Below, piece after piece: positions 1 through 9,730 of a stretch of 64,000 nt of DNA. The stretch is taken from NCBI GenBank assembly GCA_947084965.1, contig CAMTUG010000001.1, positions 147,914-211,913 on the forward strand. The letters are read 5' to 3'. Numbering within the stretch: position 1 is the stretch's first letter; each line of letters opens with the position of its first letter. The DNA comes from an uncultured Parcubacteria group bacterium. GTDB taxonomy: Bacteria > Patescibacteriota > Patescibacteriia > UBA9934 > CAMTUG01. The notes beneath the pieces were generated by a model. The model had not been told where the DNA came from. It did no database searches and saw only the letters and a program-made list of their open reading frames with translations. A program made the translations under genes and the position numbers.

Positions 1-27
1 TGGTTGGGAAGATGCTATAATCTCAAC

Positions 28-966
28 ATGGAAGAGCAAAACCCCTCCATTCTCGGAAAAGAAGAGAAGGAATTTACCAAGATGTATACTCGCGGTCAGC
101 GCTGGATCACTCTGCGTCCTATTTTGCGTCGGGTGGGGATCGGCTGTTTGATCGCCTTTGATGTGCTGACAATCCTTTTTTATGCCTGGTCCTACGTTGA
201 TTATGGAATCATCGATTATTTTAAAGAGCGGGCGATGATCGGCTCGATCGCTGAGGGCACAGACGATCTGCGGGCGGTGAGCGTTGCTCGCGCGGCGACA
301 GCGTTGCAGGTGAGCTCGGTGGATATTTTTTCTCTCGGAGATGGGCGGGTAGATTTTCTCGCCTATCTCGCCAATCCAAATGAGGATTGGTACGTTCAGT
401 TTACGTACAGTTTCACCTACGGCAGTGCGACGACGGACACACGCGTCGGGTTTCTTCTGCCAGGGGAATCGAGAAAACCGATCACGGAGTTAGCGGTGGA
501 TGTGGAAACGATCCCGAGCCGAGCCACGCTCACGATCGGGGATTTGGAATGGGTGCGCCTTAATCATCACGCCATCACGGATTACACCGCCTGGCAAACG
601 GATCGTCTGCGATTTACGTACACGGATGTGACGTATGATCGTGCGGTGCCGATCGATACGACAACAGTCGGTCGATCCACGTTCAACATCAAGAATACTT
701 CTCCATACGGCTACTACGACGCTCGGTTTCACCTCATCCTTTTGCGCAATGAAAAGCCGGTCGGGGTCACTCGTTTCTCGCTCGCGAATTTTGAGCCGGG
801 GGAGTCGCGGACACTGTCGATCAGTTGGTTTGGGGAAGCACCCCAAGCGAACGAAACGTTGATCGTTCCTGACATTGATATTTTTGATCCTGCAAGCTAC
901 ATGCCGATCCGGGGAGAGACACAGCCCGATGTGCGGGAACGAATACCAACCGGAAGGAGGAGGTAA
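28..966 (+). CDS. Hypothetical membrane-anchored protein with extracellular beta-rich domain
   Basis: ATG at 28 after a TATAAT -10; one TM segment (VGIGCLIAFDVLTILFYAW); 9 nt upstream of rodA. Confidence 0.7.
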   Translation: MEEQNPSILGKEEKEFTKMYTRGQRWITLRPILRRVGIGCLIAFDVLTILFYAWSYVDYGIIDYFKERAMIGSIAEGTDDLRAVSVARAATALQVSSVDIFSLGDGRVDFLAYLANPNEDWYVQFTYSFTYGSATTDTRVGFLLPGESRKPITELAVDVETIPSRATLTIGDLEWVRLNHHAITDYTAWQTDRLRFTYTDVTYDRAVPIDTTTVGRSTFNIKNTSPYGYYDARFHLILLRNEKPVGVTRFSLANFEPGESRTLSISWFGEAPQANETLIVPDIDIFDPASYMPIRGETQPDVRERIPTGRRR

Positions 967-975
967 CGTCATTTT

Positions 976-2076
976 ATGAAGCGCCTCCTTTTTCTACTTT
1001 CGCGATTAGACTGGTTGCTTTTTGGGGCTGCCATGGTGTTGATCGCTTTTGGGCTCGCGGCGATCTATTCCGTTGCGCTTTCGATCGAGTCTACAGACTT
1101 CGGAAATGTAGAAAAGCAATTGGTGGCGATCGCGATCGGACTTTCAGTGGTCGTGTTTCTTTCCGCCAGCAATTACAAACTGTTGCGCAGCTGGACCTTG
1201 GTTATTTATTTTGGAGGAGTTCTGTTGCTGGTCGGCGTCCTTTTTTTTGGCTCCACGATCCGTGGAACAACCGGGTGGTTTGATTTTGGATTGTTCTCCT
1301 TCCAGCCAGTGGAATTCATGAAGATCGCTCTGGTGCTGACCCTCGCAAAGTATTTTAGTGAAAAGGCCCGACGGCAATTTGGCTGGAGGGAGTTGCTGGC
1401 GAGTGGAGTTCTGACAGCGATTCCTGTCGCCCTCACCATGCTTCAACCGGATCTCGGATCTGCACTGATGCTTATCGGTATCTGGTCCGTGCTGATTTTT
1501 TTTGCTGGTCTGAAGTGGCGGCAGGCGCTGCTTGTCGGTCTGCTTGCGTTGCTCTTCGGACTCTTCTCCTGGTTTGTCTTGTTTGATACGTATCAACACG
1601 AACGTATCCTGACCTTTATCGACCCCTCTCGTGATCCGCTCGGCCGTGGCTATAATGTGACACAGGCGATTATTGCGGTGGGGAGCGGGGAGTGGTTCGG
1701 ACGCGGGCTAGGGTTTGGTTCGCAAAGTCAGTTGAAGTTTTTGCCGGAGTCGCAGACGGATTTTATCTTCGCGGTTATCGCGGAGGAATTAGGATTCGTC
1801 GGCGTGCTTTTTATTCTTGGGGCGTTCGCTCTGTTATTTACTCGGCTCTTTCGACTCATCCGTTTCTCACGCGAGGATTATACGACCTACCTTCTTCTCG
1901 GAGTAATCGCCATTATTTTCTTACAGGTCCTCGTGAATATCGGCATGAACCTCGGATTATTGCCAGTGACGGGTATTGGCTTGCCGCTCGTCAGCTACGG
2001 CGGTTCCTCGATCATCATGGCGCTTGCGCTGATCGGAATCGCGGAAAGCGTGGCCGTGCGCACAAGCTCTTCGTGA
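976..2076 (+). CDS. rodA: Rod shape-determining protein RodA (SEDS family)
   Basis: FQPVEFMK, QPDLGSA, GYNVTQAIIAVGSG, FLPESQTDFIFAVIAEELGF, PLVSYGGSS motifs. Confidence 0.93.
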   Translation: MKRLLFLLSRLDWLLFGAAMVLIAFGLAAIYSVALSIESTDFGNVEKQLVAIAIGLSVVVFLSASNYKLLRSWTLVIYFGGVLLLVGVLFFGSTIRGTTGWFDFGLFSFQPVEFMKIALVLTLAKYFSEKARRQFGWRELLASGVLTAIPVALTMLQPDLGSALMLIGIWSVLIFFAGLKWRQALLVGLLALLFGLFSWFVLFDTYQHERILTFIDPSRDPLGRGYNVTQAIIAVGSGEWFGRGLGFGSQSQLKFLPESQTDFIFAVIAEELGFVGVLFILGAFALLFTRLFRLIRFSREDYTTYLLLGVIAIIFLQVLVNIGMNLGLLPVTGIGLPLVSYGGSSIIMALALIGIAESVAVRTSSS

Positions 2077-2084
2077 TGAAAGCG

Positions 2085-2151
2085 GTATAAGGAGTAAACA
2101 GAAAGCGGAGACACGAGCGTCTCTGTTTTCCACTTACCACTTACCAATTTC
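2085..2151. repeat. TTACCAC-heptamer palindromic element (family E, copy 1)
   Basis: Hairpin GAAAGCGGAGAC/GTCTCTGTTTTC followed by CACTTAC CACTTAC CAATTTC; similar to 54527-54587. Confidence 0.55.
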
Positions 2152-2169
2152 CCTGTATACTAAATTCAT

Positions 2170-2499
2170 ATGTCCTTCCAGCTTAACCCAGACAGTCAAC
2201 GCATCGTTTCCTACTGCCCTCTGTGCGAAACAGAGTTTAATCCGATGGAAGCACGCGTCCTCGACGAAAATGCCGAGGCGTCGTTAGTGCACGTACGCTG
2301 CAAGGAATGCCGCAACGCGATGCTGACCTTGGTGCAGATGACCAAGGCCGGGGTGAGTTCTGTCGGCCTTGTGACCGACCTTTCCTATGAAGACGTGGTT
2401 AAGTTTAAGGAAGAGGGGACTATTTCGATTGATGATGTCATGATGGCCCATCAAGGGCTTCAAAATGGCGATATTTTGACAGATTTAAAGGGGAACTAG
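2170..2499 (+). CDS. Hypothetical Zn-ribbon protein
   Basis: CPLC ... HVRCKEC motifs; 109 aa ORF with ATG. Confidence 0.75.
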   Translation: MSFQLNPDSQRIVSYCPLCETEFNPMEARVLDENAEASLVHVRCKECRNAMLTLVQMTKAGVSSVGLVTDLSYEDVVKFKEEGTISIDDVMMAHQGLQNGDILTDLKGN

Positions 2500-2573
2500 C
2501 CTTTGCTCTTGACGCATTCTGCGTTTTTTTGTTTAATACAGCCACTTTCAAGGAGGAAGAATCAGAAATTATT

Positions 2574-3263
2574 ATGCAAACGTTGACCCTTAACGCCGAG
2601 GCCCGAACGATTCGTGGCCGCAAAAACTACGCGCTTCGTGAAAATCTCCAGATCCCGGCTGTGGTCTACGGTCCGGATATGGCTTCGACGATGATTACCG
2701 TCGGAAACACGGACTTTGCTCGCACCTTGCGTTCCGCTGGGGAATCGACTCTTATTGATCTGGTCGTTGCCGGTGCCGCACCGGTCAAAGTGCTGATCGG
2801 CGAAGTGCAGCGCGATCCGATTCGTCATGACATTACCCACATCGATTTCCGTCAGGTGAACATGAATAAGCCGATCGACGCCAAGATTGCGCTGAACTTC
2901 ATCGGAGAATCGGCAGCGGTCAAGGCGCTTGGTGGTACGTTGGTCAAGGCGTTGGAAGACTTGGAAGTGCGCTGTTTGCCAGGTAAGCTTGTGCACTCGA
3001 TCGACATCGACCTCTCGAAATTGGCGACCTTTGAAGACAACATCGCTGTGCGTGACCTGGTCATTCCAGAAGGGATGGAAGTGTTGACCGATGCCGACGT
3101 GACTGTTGCCTTGGTCGAAGCTCCACGTTCAGAAGAAGAGATGGCCGCTCTCGATGCCGCTGTCGACACCAGTGTTGATAAGGTGGAAGTCGTTGAGAAG
3201 AAGGGCAAGGAAGAAACTGCCGCCGAAGGCGAAGCCCCAGCCGCCGCACCAGAAGCCAAGTAA
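2574..3263 (+). CDS. rplY: 50S ribosomal protein L25/Ctc
   Basis: IPAVVYG, VQRDPIRHDITHIDF, C-terminal TL5 domain; AGGAGG upstream. Confidence 0.95.
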   Translation: MQTLTLNAEARTIRGRKNYALRENLQIPAVVYGPDMASTMITVGNTDFARTLRSAGESTLIDLVVAGAAPVKVLIGEVQRDPIRHDITHIDFRQVNMNKPIDAKIALNFIGESAAVKALGGTLVKALEDLEVRCLPGKLVHSIDIDLSKLATFEDNIAVRDLVIPEGMEVLTDADVTVALVEAPRSEEEMAALDAAVDTSVDKVEVVEKKGKEETAAEGEAPAAAPEAK

Positions 3264-3267
3264 AAAA

Positions 3268-4332
3268 ATGCTAAAGCTTTTAGAAAAAAAGAAGGAGCTA
3301 ACCGTGGGCGTCGCTATCGCGGCGCTCACTTTGGTTGTGATTTCGGTTTGGAACTTGTGGTCTGCTGGGTATGTTGGACAACCAGCAGTGGACGTCGTAC
3401 CGCCCGTGGCAACGTGTGCCTATCGCCATCCGTTGACCGGCGCCTGTTTGGAGCGTGATCCATACGACGGCGCCTTGCCGCCGGTTTACGCCGTGATGGT
3501 CGAAAACTCCCGCGACGCCTGGCCACAAGCCGGTTTGCTCGAATCCTTTTTGGTGTTTGAAGTGCCGACCGAAGCGAACATTCCGCGCCTTCTCGCTTTT
3601 TATCACGGGATCGATGCTTCTGTTGATCGGATCGGTCCGGTGCGCTCCGCTCGTCCTTATTTTATTGATTTGGCGACCCCGTTCCAGTCGCTCTACGCCC
3701 ACGTCGGCGGATCACCCGCGGCCGTTGCGGATTTAAAAACGACGACCGACGTTTTGAATCTTGACGAGATGGCTAACCAATATCAGTTCTGGCGCGATTC
3801 ATCCCGGGCGATGCCGCACAATGTATACACAGCGACCGATCTCTTGGCCCAAGGGCTCACCAAACGCTATCCGGAAAAGACGGAATGGAGCTATCCAACA
3901 TACACGTTTAAAGATGATGCTCCGAGCGGGTTGGCTCAGGATGTGATCGTGGAGTTTGGTGCTCCATCGTATCAGGTAACATGGAGGTATGAGGCCGAGC
4001 GCAATCAGTATCTGCGTTGGCACAACAGCTCAGAACACACAACCGAAGACGGCCACACGATCGCCGCCAATAACGTTGTCGTCATGTCGGCAGAGATCGC
4101 TGTGCTTGATAACGTCGGGCGATTGGATATTGAAACGGTGGGCGAAGGGGAGGCGCGGGTGATGCAGGATGGAAGGATTATTCAATCCACATGGAAGCGC
4201 GCGTCTGTTGATGAGCTTGTACGTTTCTACGATGAATCGGGCGCGGAGATCGCCTTGAATGGCGGCGCGACTTGGATCGAAATTGTCCCAACGCTTGACG
4301 ATCATTTTTTTGAAATCGTTGAAGCAGAATAA
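3268..4332 (+). CDS. DUF3048 domain protein
   Basis: HPLTG, AVMVENSRDAWPQAGL, IGPVRSARPYF, HVGGS, PHNVYT motifs; N-terminal TM. Confidence 0.85.
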   Translation: MLKLLEKKKELTVGVAIAALTLVVISVWNLWSAGYVGQPAVDVVPPVATCAYRHPLTGACLERDPYDGALPPVYAVMVENSRDAWPQAGLLESFLVFEVPTEANIPRLLAFYHGIDASVDRIGPVRSARPYFIDLATPFQSLYAHVGGSPAAVADLKTTTDVLNLDEMANQYQFWRDSSRAMPHNVYTATDLLAQGLTKRYPEKTEWSYPTYTFKDDAPSGLAQDVIVEFGAPSYQVTWRYEAERNQYLRWHNSSEHTTEDGHTIAANNVVVMSAEIAVLDNVGRLDIETVGEGEARVMQDGRIIQSTWKRASVDELVRFYDESGAEIALNGGATWIEIVPTLDDHFFEIVEAE

Positions 4333-4349
4333 TATTTGCTGAAATGGCG

Positions 4350-4381
4350 AAGCCGGTCGCGAAGTGTTCGCGGCCGGCTTT
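4350..4381. terminator. Hairpin between convergent genes
   Basis: AAGCCGGTCGCGAA-GTG-TTCGCGGCCGGCTT. Confidence 0.65.
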
Positions 4382-4403
4382 CGGTAGATGTGGAGAGTGT
4401 TGA

Positions 4404-4937
4404 TCAGGTCGTGGCGGGTTCCTCCTTGAGAGGAAGGGGAAGCCAGTCGAACGACAGCCAGCACTCACGATGGGTGCAGACTTCCGGTGGACGGCTCGAG
4501 CTGATCCCAGAGGGGTGCCCATTCCGACAGACCACGATCTGGGTCCCAGGGATCAGCCAGGACAACCCTTCGGTCGTGGCGAAGTGCAGGCGGACGATCC
4601 CGTCTCGCACCGGCTCGACCATGGCGACGATCTTGCCGCTGAGTCGGATGTCGCCCTCGAGGGCGAACCAGGTCGGCACGGCTTCGGCTGAGGGGCGGGG
4701 TTTGCCTGGCTTGAGCTTGCGCCAGCGCAGTCCACCGAGCGATGGGGCGTTGGCGATCTCGATTCCGTGATCGGTGTGCCCGAACCCGAGGCTGATCGTG
4801 AGGGCGAAGCGGAGCGGGACCCCCACACCCTGGAACATCAGGTATCGCCTCGGGCCGTGCGGCAGGGTGGCCCCCTTCGGGATGAAGGGGGAGTCGGTTG
4901 GGGCGACGAGGAGGACAGCGGGAATCGGTGAGGGCAT
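4404..4937 (-). CDS. Orphan hypothetical protein (C-terminal Cys/His cluster)
   Basis: GC3-rich ORF; own TTGACT-N17-TACATC promoter upstream (about 4975-5005); hairpin downstream. Confidence 0.6.
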   Translation of the reverse strand: MPSPIPAVLLVAPTDSPFIPKGATLPHGPRRYLMFQGVGVPLRFALTISLGFGHTDHGIEIANAPSLGGLRWRKLKPGKPRPSAEAVPTWFALEGDIRLSGKIVAMVEPVRDGIVRLHFATTEGLSWLIPGTQIVVCRNGHPSGISSSRPPEVCTHRECWLSFDWLPLPLKEEPATT

Positions 4938-5017
4938 CAAGATCTCCGGGAGATATGTGGTGAATCCACGGTTGATGATGTACCGCAGAGTGTGTGCAGA
5001 GTCAAGCGGAGTCATTT

Positions 5018-5095
5018 GAACCGCGGAGTCAGGATCACGTCACGACATGAATGGCCAGGAATCTATGTCGTGGCGGGATTCTGCGAAGCGGTGAG
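5018..5095. repeat. Palindromic element family C, copy 1
   Basis: Reverse complement differs from 56781-56857 at about 9 of 78 positions by manual alignment. Confidence 0.8.
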
Positions 5096-5104
5096 AAGGG
5101 CGAC

Positions 5105-5974
5105 TTAGATTTTAGCCACAACGATCCGGGCGCGATTGGTGAGGTCGTTCAATACGCGCACATCAGCGTTTGGAAAATAGTGTTTGACGACCGACGGGGC
5201 GCCCATCCGTTGATCAGGATCAATTTCAAAAATGACAGCGAGTTGGGCGGGGAAGTCGTTGCGACGCGTTTGGAGGGAGCGGAAGAGATCGTTGTAAAGC
5301 TCGAGGCCGTCAACGCCCCCGTCTAACGCGAGGCGCGGTTCATAATCGTGGACATCTGGTTGTGAGAGCGTCCATTGACGTGTGGATAAGTAGGGCAAGT
5401 TGGCGACGAGGATCACGCGTTCGAGCGGCTTGGTCTGTGTTGGATCGATCGGATCGATCAAGGATCCTGAAACAAACGTTATCCGATCATCGACGTTATT
5501 GATGACGGCGTTCTGTCGCGCCACCGTCAGTGCTCGATCGCTCACATCCACAGCGATGACCGGTAGTCCACTTTCGGCGGCGAGGGTCACCGCGATCGCT
5601 CCTGAGCCCGTACCGATGTCGATGAACACGGTGTCGCGTCCACCTGCCGCTTCCTGCAAGGCCGCTTCAACAACCTGTTCGGTTTCTGGACGTGGAATGA
5701 GAACGAATGGATTAACGACAAACGGACGGTTGTAAAAATCTTTCCAACCGAGGATGTAGGCGACCGGTTCGTGGCGGCTGCGGCGGTCAATCAATTGCTC
5801 AAAACGTTCGAGCGCCGCTTCACTCAGGGGCTGATCCATGTGGGTAAAGAGGTAGTTTTTTGGTCGATCAAGAACGTAGGCGAGCAAAAGCTGGGCGTCG
5901 AGCATCGGCGCATCGCTGACTCCGTGCTCCTTGAGTTTATTATTCGCCCAGGTGAGCGATTCCATGATCTGCAT
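5105..5974 (-). CDS. prmC: Release factor glutamine methyltransferase PrmC/HemK
   Basis: EPVAYILG, VLIPRPETE, DIGTGSGAIA, ANLPY motifs; follows prfA. Confidence 0.93.
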   Translation of the reverse strand: MQIMESLTWANNKLKEHGVSDAPMLDAQLLLAYVLDRPKNYLFTHMDQPLSEAALERFEQLIDRRSRHEPVAYILGWKDFYNRPFVVNPFVLIPRPETEQVVEAALQEAAGGRDTVFIDIGTGSGAIAVTLAAESGLPVIAVDVSDRALTVARQNAVINNVDDRITFVSGSLIDPIDPTQTKPLERVILVANLPYLSTRQWTLSQPDVHDYEPRLALDGGVDGLELYNDLFRSLQTRRNDFPAQLAVIFEIDPDQRMGAPSVVKHYFPNADVRVLNDLTNRARIVVAKI

Positions 5975-6004
5975 AGCCACGTTGCACAGTAAATTTCGAG
6001 ATGG

Positions 6005-6102
6005 TTTGGATGACATGTGTGCCGAAAACGGTAAAGAGCGAGGAGGAATGTTCGATACATTTCGACGAGATCTGAGCCGTTTGCAGGCCACGTGGCGCCA
6101 AA
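6005..6102. repeat. Long imperfect intergenic hairpin (family F-like)
   Basis: Nested pairings TTTGG/CCAAA, AAACGG/CCGTTT, AATG/CATT around a GCGAGGAGG...CGACGAG internal loop. Confidence 0.5.
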
Positions 6103-6115
6103 TCCAGCCGAAAGA

Positions 6116-7180
6116 TTACTGTGCGATGGGGCTAAAGCCTTCGCGCTCGGCTTTCTTTAAGTCTGCAATGACGCCCTCGATTTCACCTTCCATAATGCCT
6201 GGAAGGCCGTGATAGTTTTCGTTGATGCGGTGATCGGTTAAACGATCTTGCGGGAAGTTGTAGGTGCGGATCTTTTCTGAACGATCGCCAGTGCCGATTT
6301 GGCTCTTGCGCTCGGCCGATCGCTTGGCAGCTTCGCGGCGGCGTTGCTCATCGAACACACGCGCGCGCATCACGGTCATCGCCTTTTCCTTGTTCTGTTT
6401 TTGGGAACGCTCGTCCTGACACTGGACGGTAATGCCGGTCGGGATGTGGGTCATGCGGATCGCCGAGTAGGTGGTGTTGACGCTCTGTCCGCCGTTGCCC
6501 GAAGCGGTCGTCACTTCGATCTTTAGGTCGGCAGGATTCAATTCAAATTCGGTCTCTTCAATCACTGGCATCGTGGCAACGGTCACGGTTGAAGTGTGTA
6601 CGCGACCAGCTTTTTCCGTTTCTGGCACACGTTGCACGCGATGAACGCCGGATTCAAACTTTAAGTTGCTGTAGACGTTGTTGCCACCAATTTCAAAAAC
6701 AACCTCTTTAAATCCGCCGAGATCATTTTGACTTTGCGAATCTACTTCAATAGTCCAGCCTTTTTTCTCAGCAAACTTGGAATACATCCGAAACAGTTCC
6801 GCGGCAAAGAGCGCCGCTTCGTCACCTCCAGCGCCGGCACGAATTTCCATAATGATGCTCGCCTTGTCGAGTGGATCTGGCGGCACCAGCGCTTCTTCAA
6901 GCTTGGCGGTGAGGGAAGGAAGACCGGCTTTGATCGATGCGATTTCGGCTTCGGCCATCTCTTTCATTTCTGGATCAAGAAGCATCTCTTCGGCGGCGGC
7001 CAAGTTTGCGATCGCTTTTTCGTACTGATCTCCCAATTCAACAATACCGCGCACTTCACTGAAGGCCTGCCCGAGCGTCTTGGCTTTTTTCTGGTCGCGC
7101 AAAACAGCCGGGTCGCTCAGTTGCGTTTCCAGATTTTGCATCTCTTCGCGTTTTGTTTTGATCCCAGCGAGTAGGTCCAT
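6116..7180 (-). CDS. prfA: Peptide chain release factor 1
   Basis: GGQ motif (GNGGQSVN), PET anticodon motif (RVPETE), [14 protein letters not shown]. Confidence 0.97.
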   Translation of the reverse strand: MDLLAGIKTKREEMQNLETQLSDPAVLRDQKKAKTLGQAFSEVRGIVELGDQYEKAIANLAAAEEMLLDPEMKEMAEAEIASIKAGLPSLTAKLEEALVPPDPLDKASIIMEIRAGAGGDEAALFAAELFRMYSKFAEKKGWTIEVDSQSQNDLGGFKEVVFEIGGNNVYSNLKFESGVHRVQRVPETEKAGRVHTSTVTVATMPVIEETEFELNPADLKIEVTTASGNGGQSVNTTYSAIRMTHIPTGITVQCQDERSQKQNKEKAMTVMRARVFDEQRRREAAKRSAERKSQIGTGDRSEKIRTYNFPQDRLTDHRINENYHGLPGIMEGEIEGVIADLKKAEREGFSPIAQ

Positions 7181-7246
7181 AAGGTGTTACGATCTTATCA
7201 CATAACAAAAGAACGCCGGCAAATTCCGAGCGTCCCTTTGCTGTCG

Positions 7247-7573
7247 TTACTTTTCGGCTTTTTTGGAAACGCGAACGGATTTCTTTTCTTCCACTTCGGT
7301 TTTCGGCCCGCTCGATTTGCGCTTTTCGGATTTGGCCGCGCGCTTGGTGGCACGGTTGACGACCGCTTCGGCCTTCTTGCCCATGCGTTCGCCGAACTTC
7401 TCGACGCGGCGGGCGGTGTCCAAAATGGTCTGCTTACCCGTGTAGAACGGGTGGCAAGCGGCACACAATTCGACCGAAATCGCCTGTTTGGTCGATCCGG
7501 TTTCATACTTAGCGCCACAAGCACAGCTGATCGTGGCATCCTCGAAATATTGGGGGTGAATCGTTGCTTTCAT
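7247..7573 (-). CDS. rpmE: 50S ribosomal protein L31 (Zn-binding type)
   Basis: MKATIHPQY, CACG, CAACHPFYTGKQ; own promoter TTGAAC-N17-TAGGAT. Confidence 0.95.
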   Translation of the reverse strand: MKATIHPQYFEDATISCACGAKYETGSTKQAISVELCAACHPFYTGKQTILDTARRVEKFGERMGKKAEAVVNRATKRAAKSEKRKSSGPKTEVEEKKSVRVSKKAEK

Positions 7574-7612
7574 AGATGTGGCGGTATCCTAGCAGAACCC
7601 TCTAAAAAGTTC

Positions 7613-7643
7613 AAGAACCCTACCAGAAGTGGCGGGTTCTCGA
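7613..7643 (-). terminator. Hairpin terminating the upstream minus-strand transcript
   Basis: AGAACCC...GGGTTCT stem followed by a T-rich run on the minus strand. Confidence 0.55.
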
Positions 7644-7649
7644 GGAAGA

Positions 7650-7975
7650 AGTGAGGGAGTGTACGTTACGAATCGTATGAACGTTTGAGTAGCGGTGGAC
7701 ACGCGCATCGTTCATTCGGTTCGGGGACCCGACCGTTGGTGATCCGGTTCGTCCGTGCGCCGTGGTGTTTTCGGCGCTCCGTCCCTGTAGGCACTTCCTT
7801 GCGTTGGCGACCCATTCGCCCTCCTGCTCGTCTCGGCACCGTCGCGATTCGGGTGAGACGTCACAGGCAGCCATGCAGGAACGGTGGACTTCACCGTCAA
7901 CGGTTCAGGCCTTTCAACGACCCTCCCCACCGTTTAGGCACCTCCAAGCGGAGGCTCGCAAACGGCGAGGGTTGA
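7650..7975 (-). ncRNA. Candidate structured non-coding RNA, family unknown
   Basis: TTGACG-N17-TAATCT promoter (8010-7982); multiple hairpins; long 5'/3' pairing with G-U pairs on the minus strand; no convincing ORF. Confidence 0.5.
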
Positions 7976-8093
7976 GCACAGAGATTAACAAGTTTCTTTC
8001 GTTCCGTCAAGGGCCGGTAGGTTTGCCCCCAAAATTGAACCTGCCGCTGGGGAAATAGACGAAACGAGCTTCTTTGTTTAGAGTGTGATCCAT

Positions 8094-9113
8094 ATGGGAA
8101 CCCCTGTTGAACTCTTTAATTACGATCTGCCAGAATCGATGATCGCGCAGAAGTCCGTTGAGCCGCGGGATCACTCGCGGTTGATGGTTTTAGATCGGGA
8201 GAGCGGCACGATCGAACATCGAACGTTTTTTGAGATCGTCGATCTGCTTCGTGCTGGCGATGTGTTGGTCTTCAATAATACGAAGGTGTTTAAAGCGCGT
8301 TTAATCGGAGTGACAGACGTTTCGCCACAGGCGAATAAGTCTGTTATTGAACTCTTCTTGCTTCGTGAACGCGAAGGGAAGTGGGAAGCGATGGCGCGGC
8401 CGGGGAAGAAGCTTTCTGTTGGGGATGTGATTGATGTGGGGATCAAAGGGAAGATTACAGAGAAGAAGGAAGACGGAACGGTGATGATTGATTTTGGGAT
8501 GAGTCCTTCTGAAGTCCTTGCGTTTTGTGATGCCCATGGCGAAGTGCCGATTCCGCCATATGTGGTGAAATCAGAGCAGGCGACGGGGAATTATCAGACG
8601 GTATATGCCCGCGAGGTTGGAGCTGTGGCGGCGCCAACGGCAGGATTCCATTTCACCGAGCGTTTGCTCGATGCGCTCCGTGTCAAAGGGGTGCAGATAG
8701 AGTTTATAACGTTACATGTCGGGATCGGGACGTTTCGTCCGGTCAAAACAGCGACGCTCGAAGAGCATGTGATGCACGCTGAGTTTGTGCAGATCGATGC
8801 ACAGACGTCGGAGAGGATTCTGCTTGCGAAAAAAGAAGGGCGTCGGGTTATTGCGGTTGGCACAACAGTTGTGCGCGCACTCGAAGCGACGGGGGGCGAG
8901 CCGACGATGGGAGACGTCAACATTTTTATTATGCCGGGATACACGTTCAAAGTTATCGACGGGTTGATTACCAACTTTCATCTTCCAAAGTCAACGCTCT
9001 TGGCGCTCGTTTCTGCGTTTGCGGGAAGAGATCATGTGATGGCGGCGTACGAAGTTGCTAAAAAAGAAGGGTATCGATTTTATTCTTTTGGGGACGCGAT
9101 GTTTATCGCCTAA
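8094..9113 (+). CDS. queA: S-adenosylmethionine:tRNA ribosyltransferase-isomerase
   Basis: FNYDLP, VFNNTKV, PIPPY, YQTVYA, AAPTAGFHF, TNFHLPKSTL, YRFYSFGDAM. Confidence 0.96.
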   Translation: MGTPVELFNYDLPESMIAQKSVEPRDHSRLMVLDRESGTIEHRTFFEIVDLLRAGDVLVFNNTKVFKARLIGVTDVSPQANKSVIELFLLREREGKWEAMARPGKKLSVGDVIDVGIKGKITEKKEDGTVMIDFGMSPSEVLAFCDAHGEVPIPPYVVKSEQATGNYQTVYAREVGAVAAPTAGFHFTERLLDALRVKGVQIEFITLHVGIGTFRPVKTATLEEHVMHAEFVQIDAQTSERILLAKKEGRRVIAVGTTVVRALEATGGEPTMGDVNIFIMPGYTFKVIDGLITNFHLPKSTLLALVSAFAGRDHVMAAYEVAKKEGYRFYSFGDAMFIA

Positions 9114-9168
9114 ATAGCGAACGGACCGGCTCGAGTGGCGAGCAGGTCCGTTTGGCGCGAGGTTCCCC

Positions 9169-9558
9169 CTAGTGGCGGGAACGAAGGTGTCGGTTGAGGC
9201 GGCTGATCCAGAGCGCGTCCGGCATCGTCTGTCGGCCGACGTAGAGGAGGGCCGAGCACTGGGTGTCCGTCAGCAGGTTCTGGACGAGGCCGCGCTGGAT
9301 CAGGCGGTGGATGCGTTCGTAGTCCTCGGGGACTTCGGGGTGCTTGATGTAGTACATCGCCACCCGGAAGACCAGATCTGCATCAGACCCGAAGTTGAAG
9401 TCGTAGCGCTCGTCGATCACCACCTGGTAGGCGGCGGCGAAGAGGCGCTGCTGCAGGAGGAACCGGACGACTTCGGCGGGGTCGAGATCGACCGCCGGTT
9501 CCGGGGCGCGGGCGTGGAACGTCTCGCGCAGGTGAGGATGCGTAGCGGGGGATGCCAT
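9169..9558 (-). CDS. Orphan hypothetical protein
   Basis: GC3-rich 129 aa ORF with AAGAGG RBS; TTGACA upstream; hairpin 9119-9153 downstream. Confidence 0.6.
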   Translation of the reverse strand: MASPATHPHLRETFHARAPEPAVDLDPAEVVRFLLQQRLFAAAYQVVIDERYDFNFGSDADLVFRVAMYYIKHPEVPEDYERIHRLIQRGLVQNLLTDTQCSALLYVGRQTMPDALWISRLNRHLRSRH

Positions 9559-9730
9559 GGCGGGACCTCTTGGTGGGACGGGAATGGGCCGTGGGAATGG
9601 CCCGGAGGATCGGCTTGGGGCCGACGGGTGTATTAAGACATCAGTTTTAGTGCTTTGTCAAGCGGAAACCCGGGATGCTGCGTGCACCCCGGGTCCTGCG
9701 GCGACCCGAGTGGCGGGTCGCGCATCGAAG

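Noticed and set aside
7650-7975. RNase P, SRP or tmRNA identity for the structured region
   Set aside because: Lacks the GAGGAAAGUCC P4 motif, the SRP CAGG..GGAA..AGCAG helix and tRNA-like ends; only a weak GGAAGTGCC resemblance
7620-8058. Short ORFs 7620-7874, 7712-7930, 7685-7975 and 7762-8058 as proteins
   Set aside because: Low-complexity Arg/Pro/Ser translations with no recognisable motifs; the region is better explained by RNA structure
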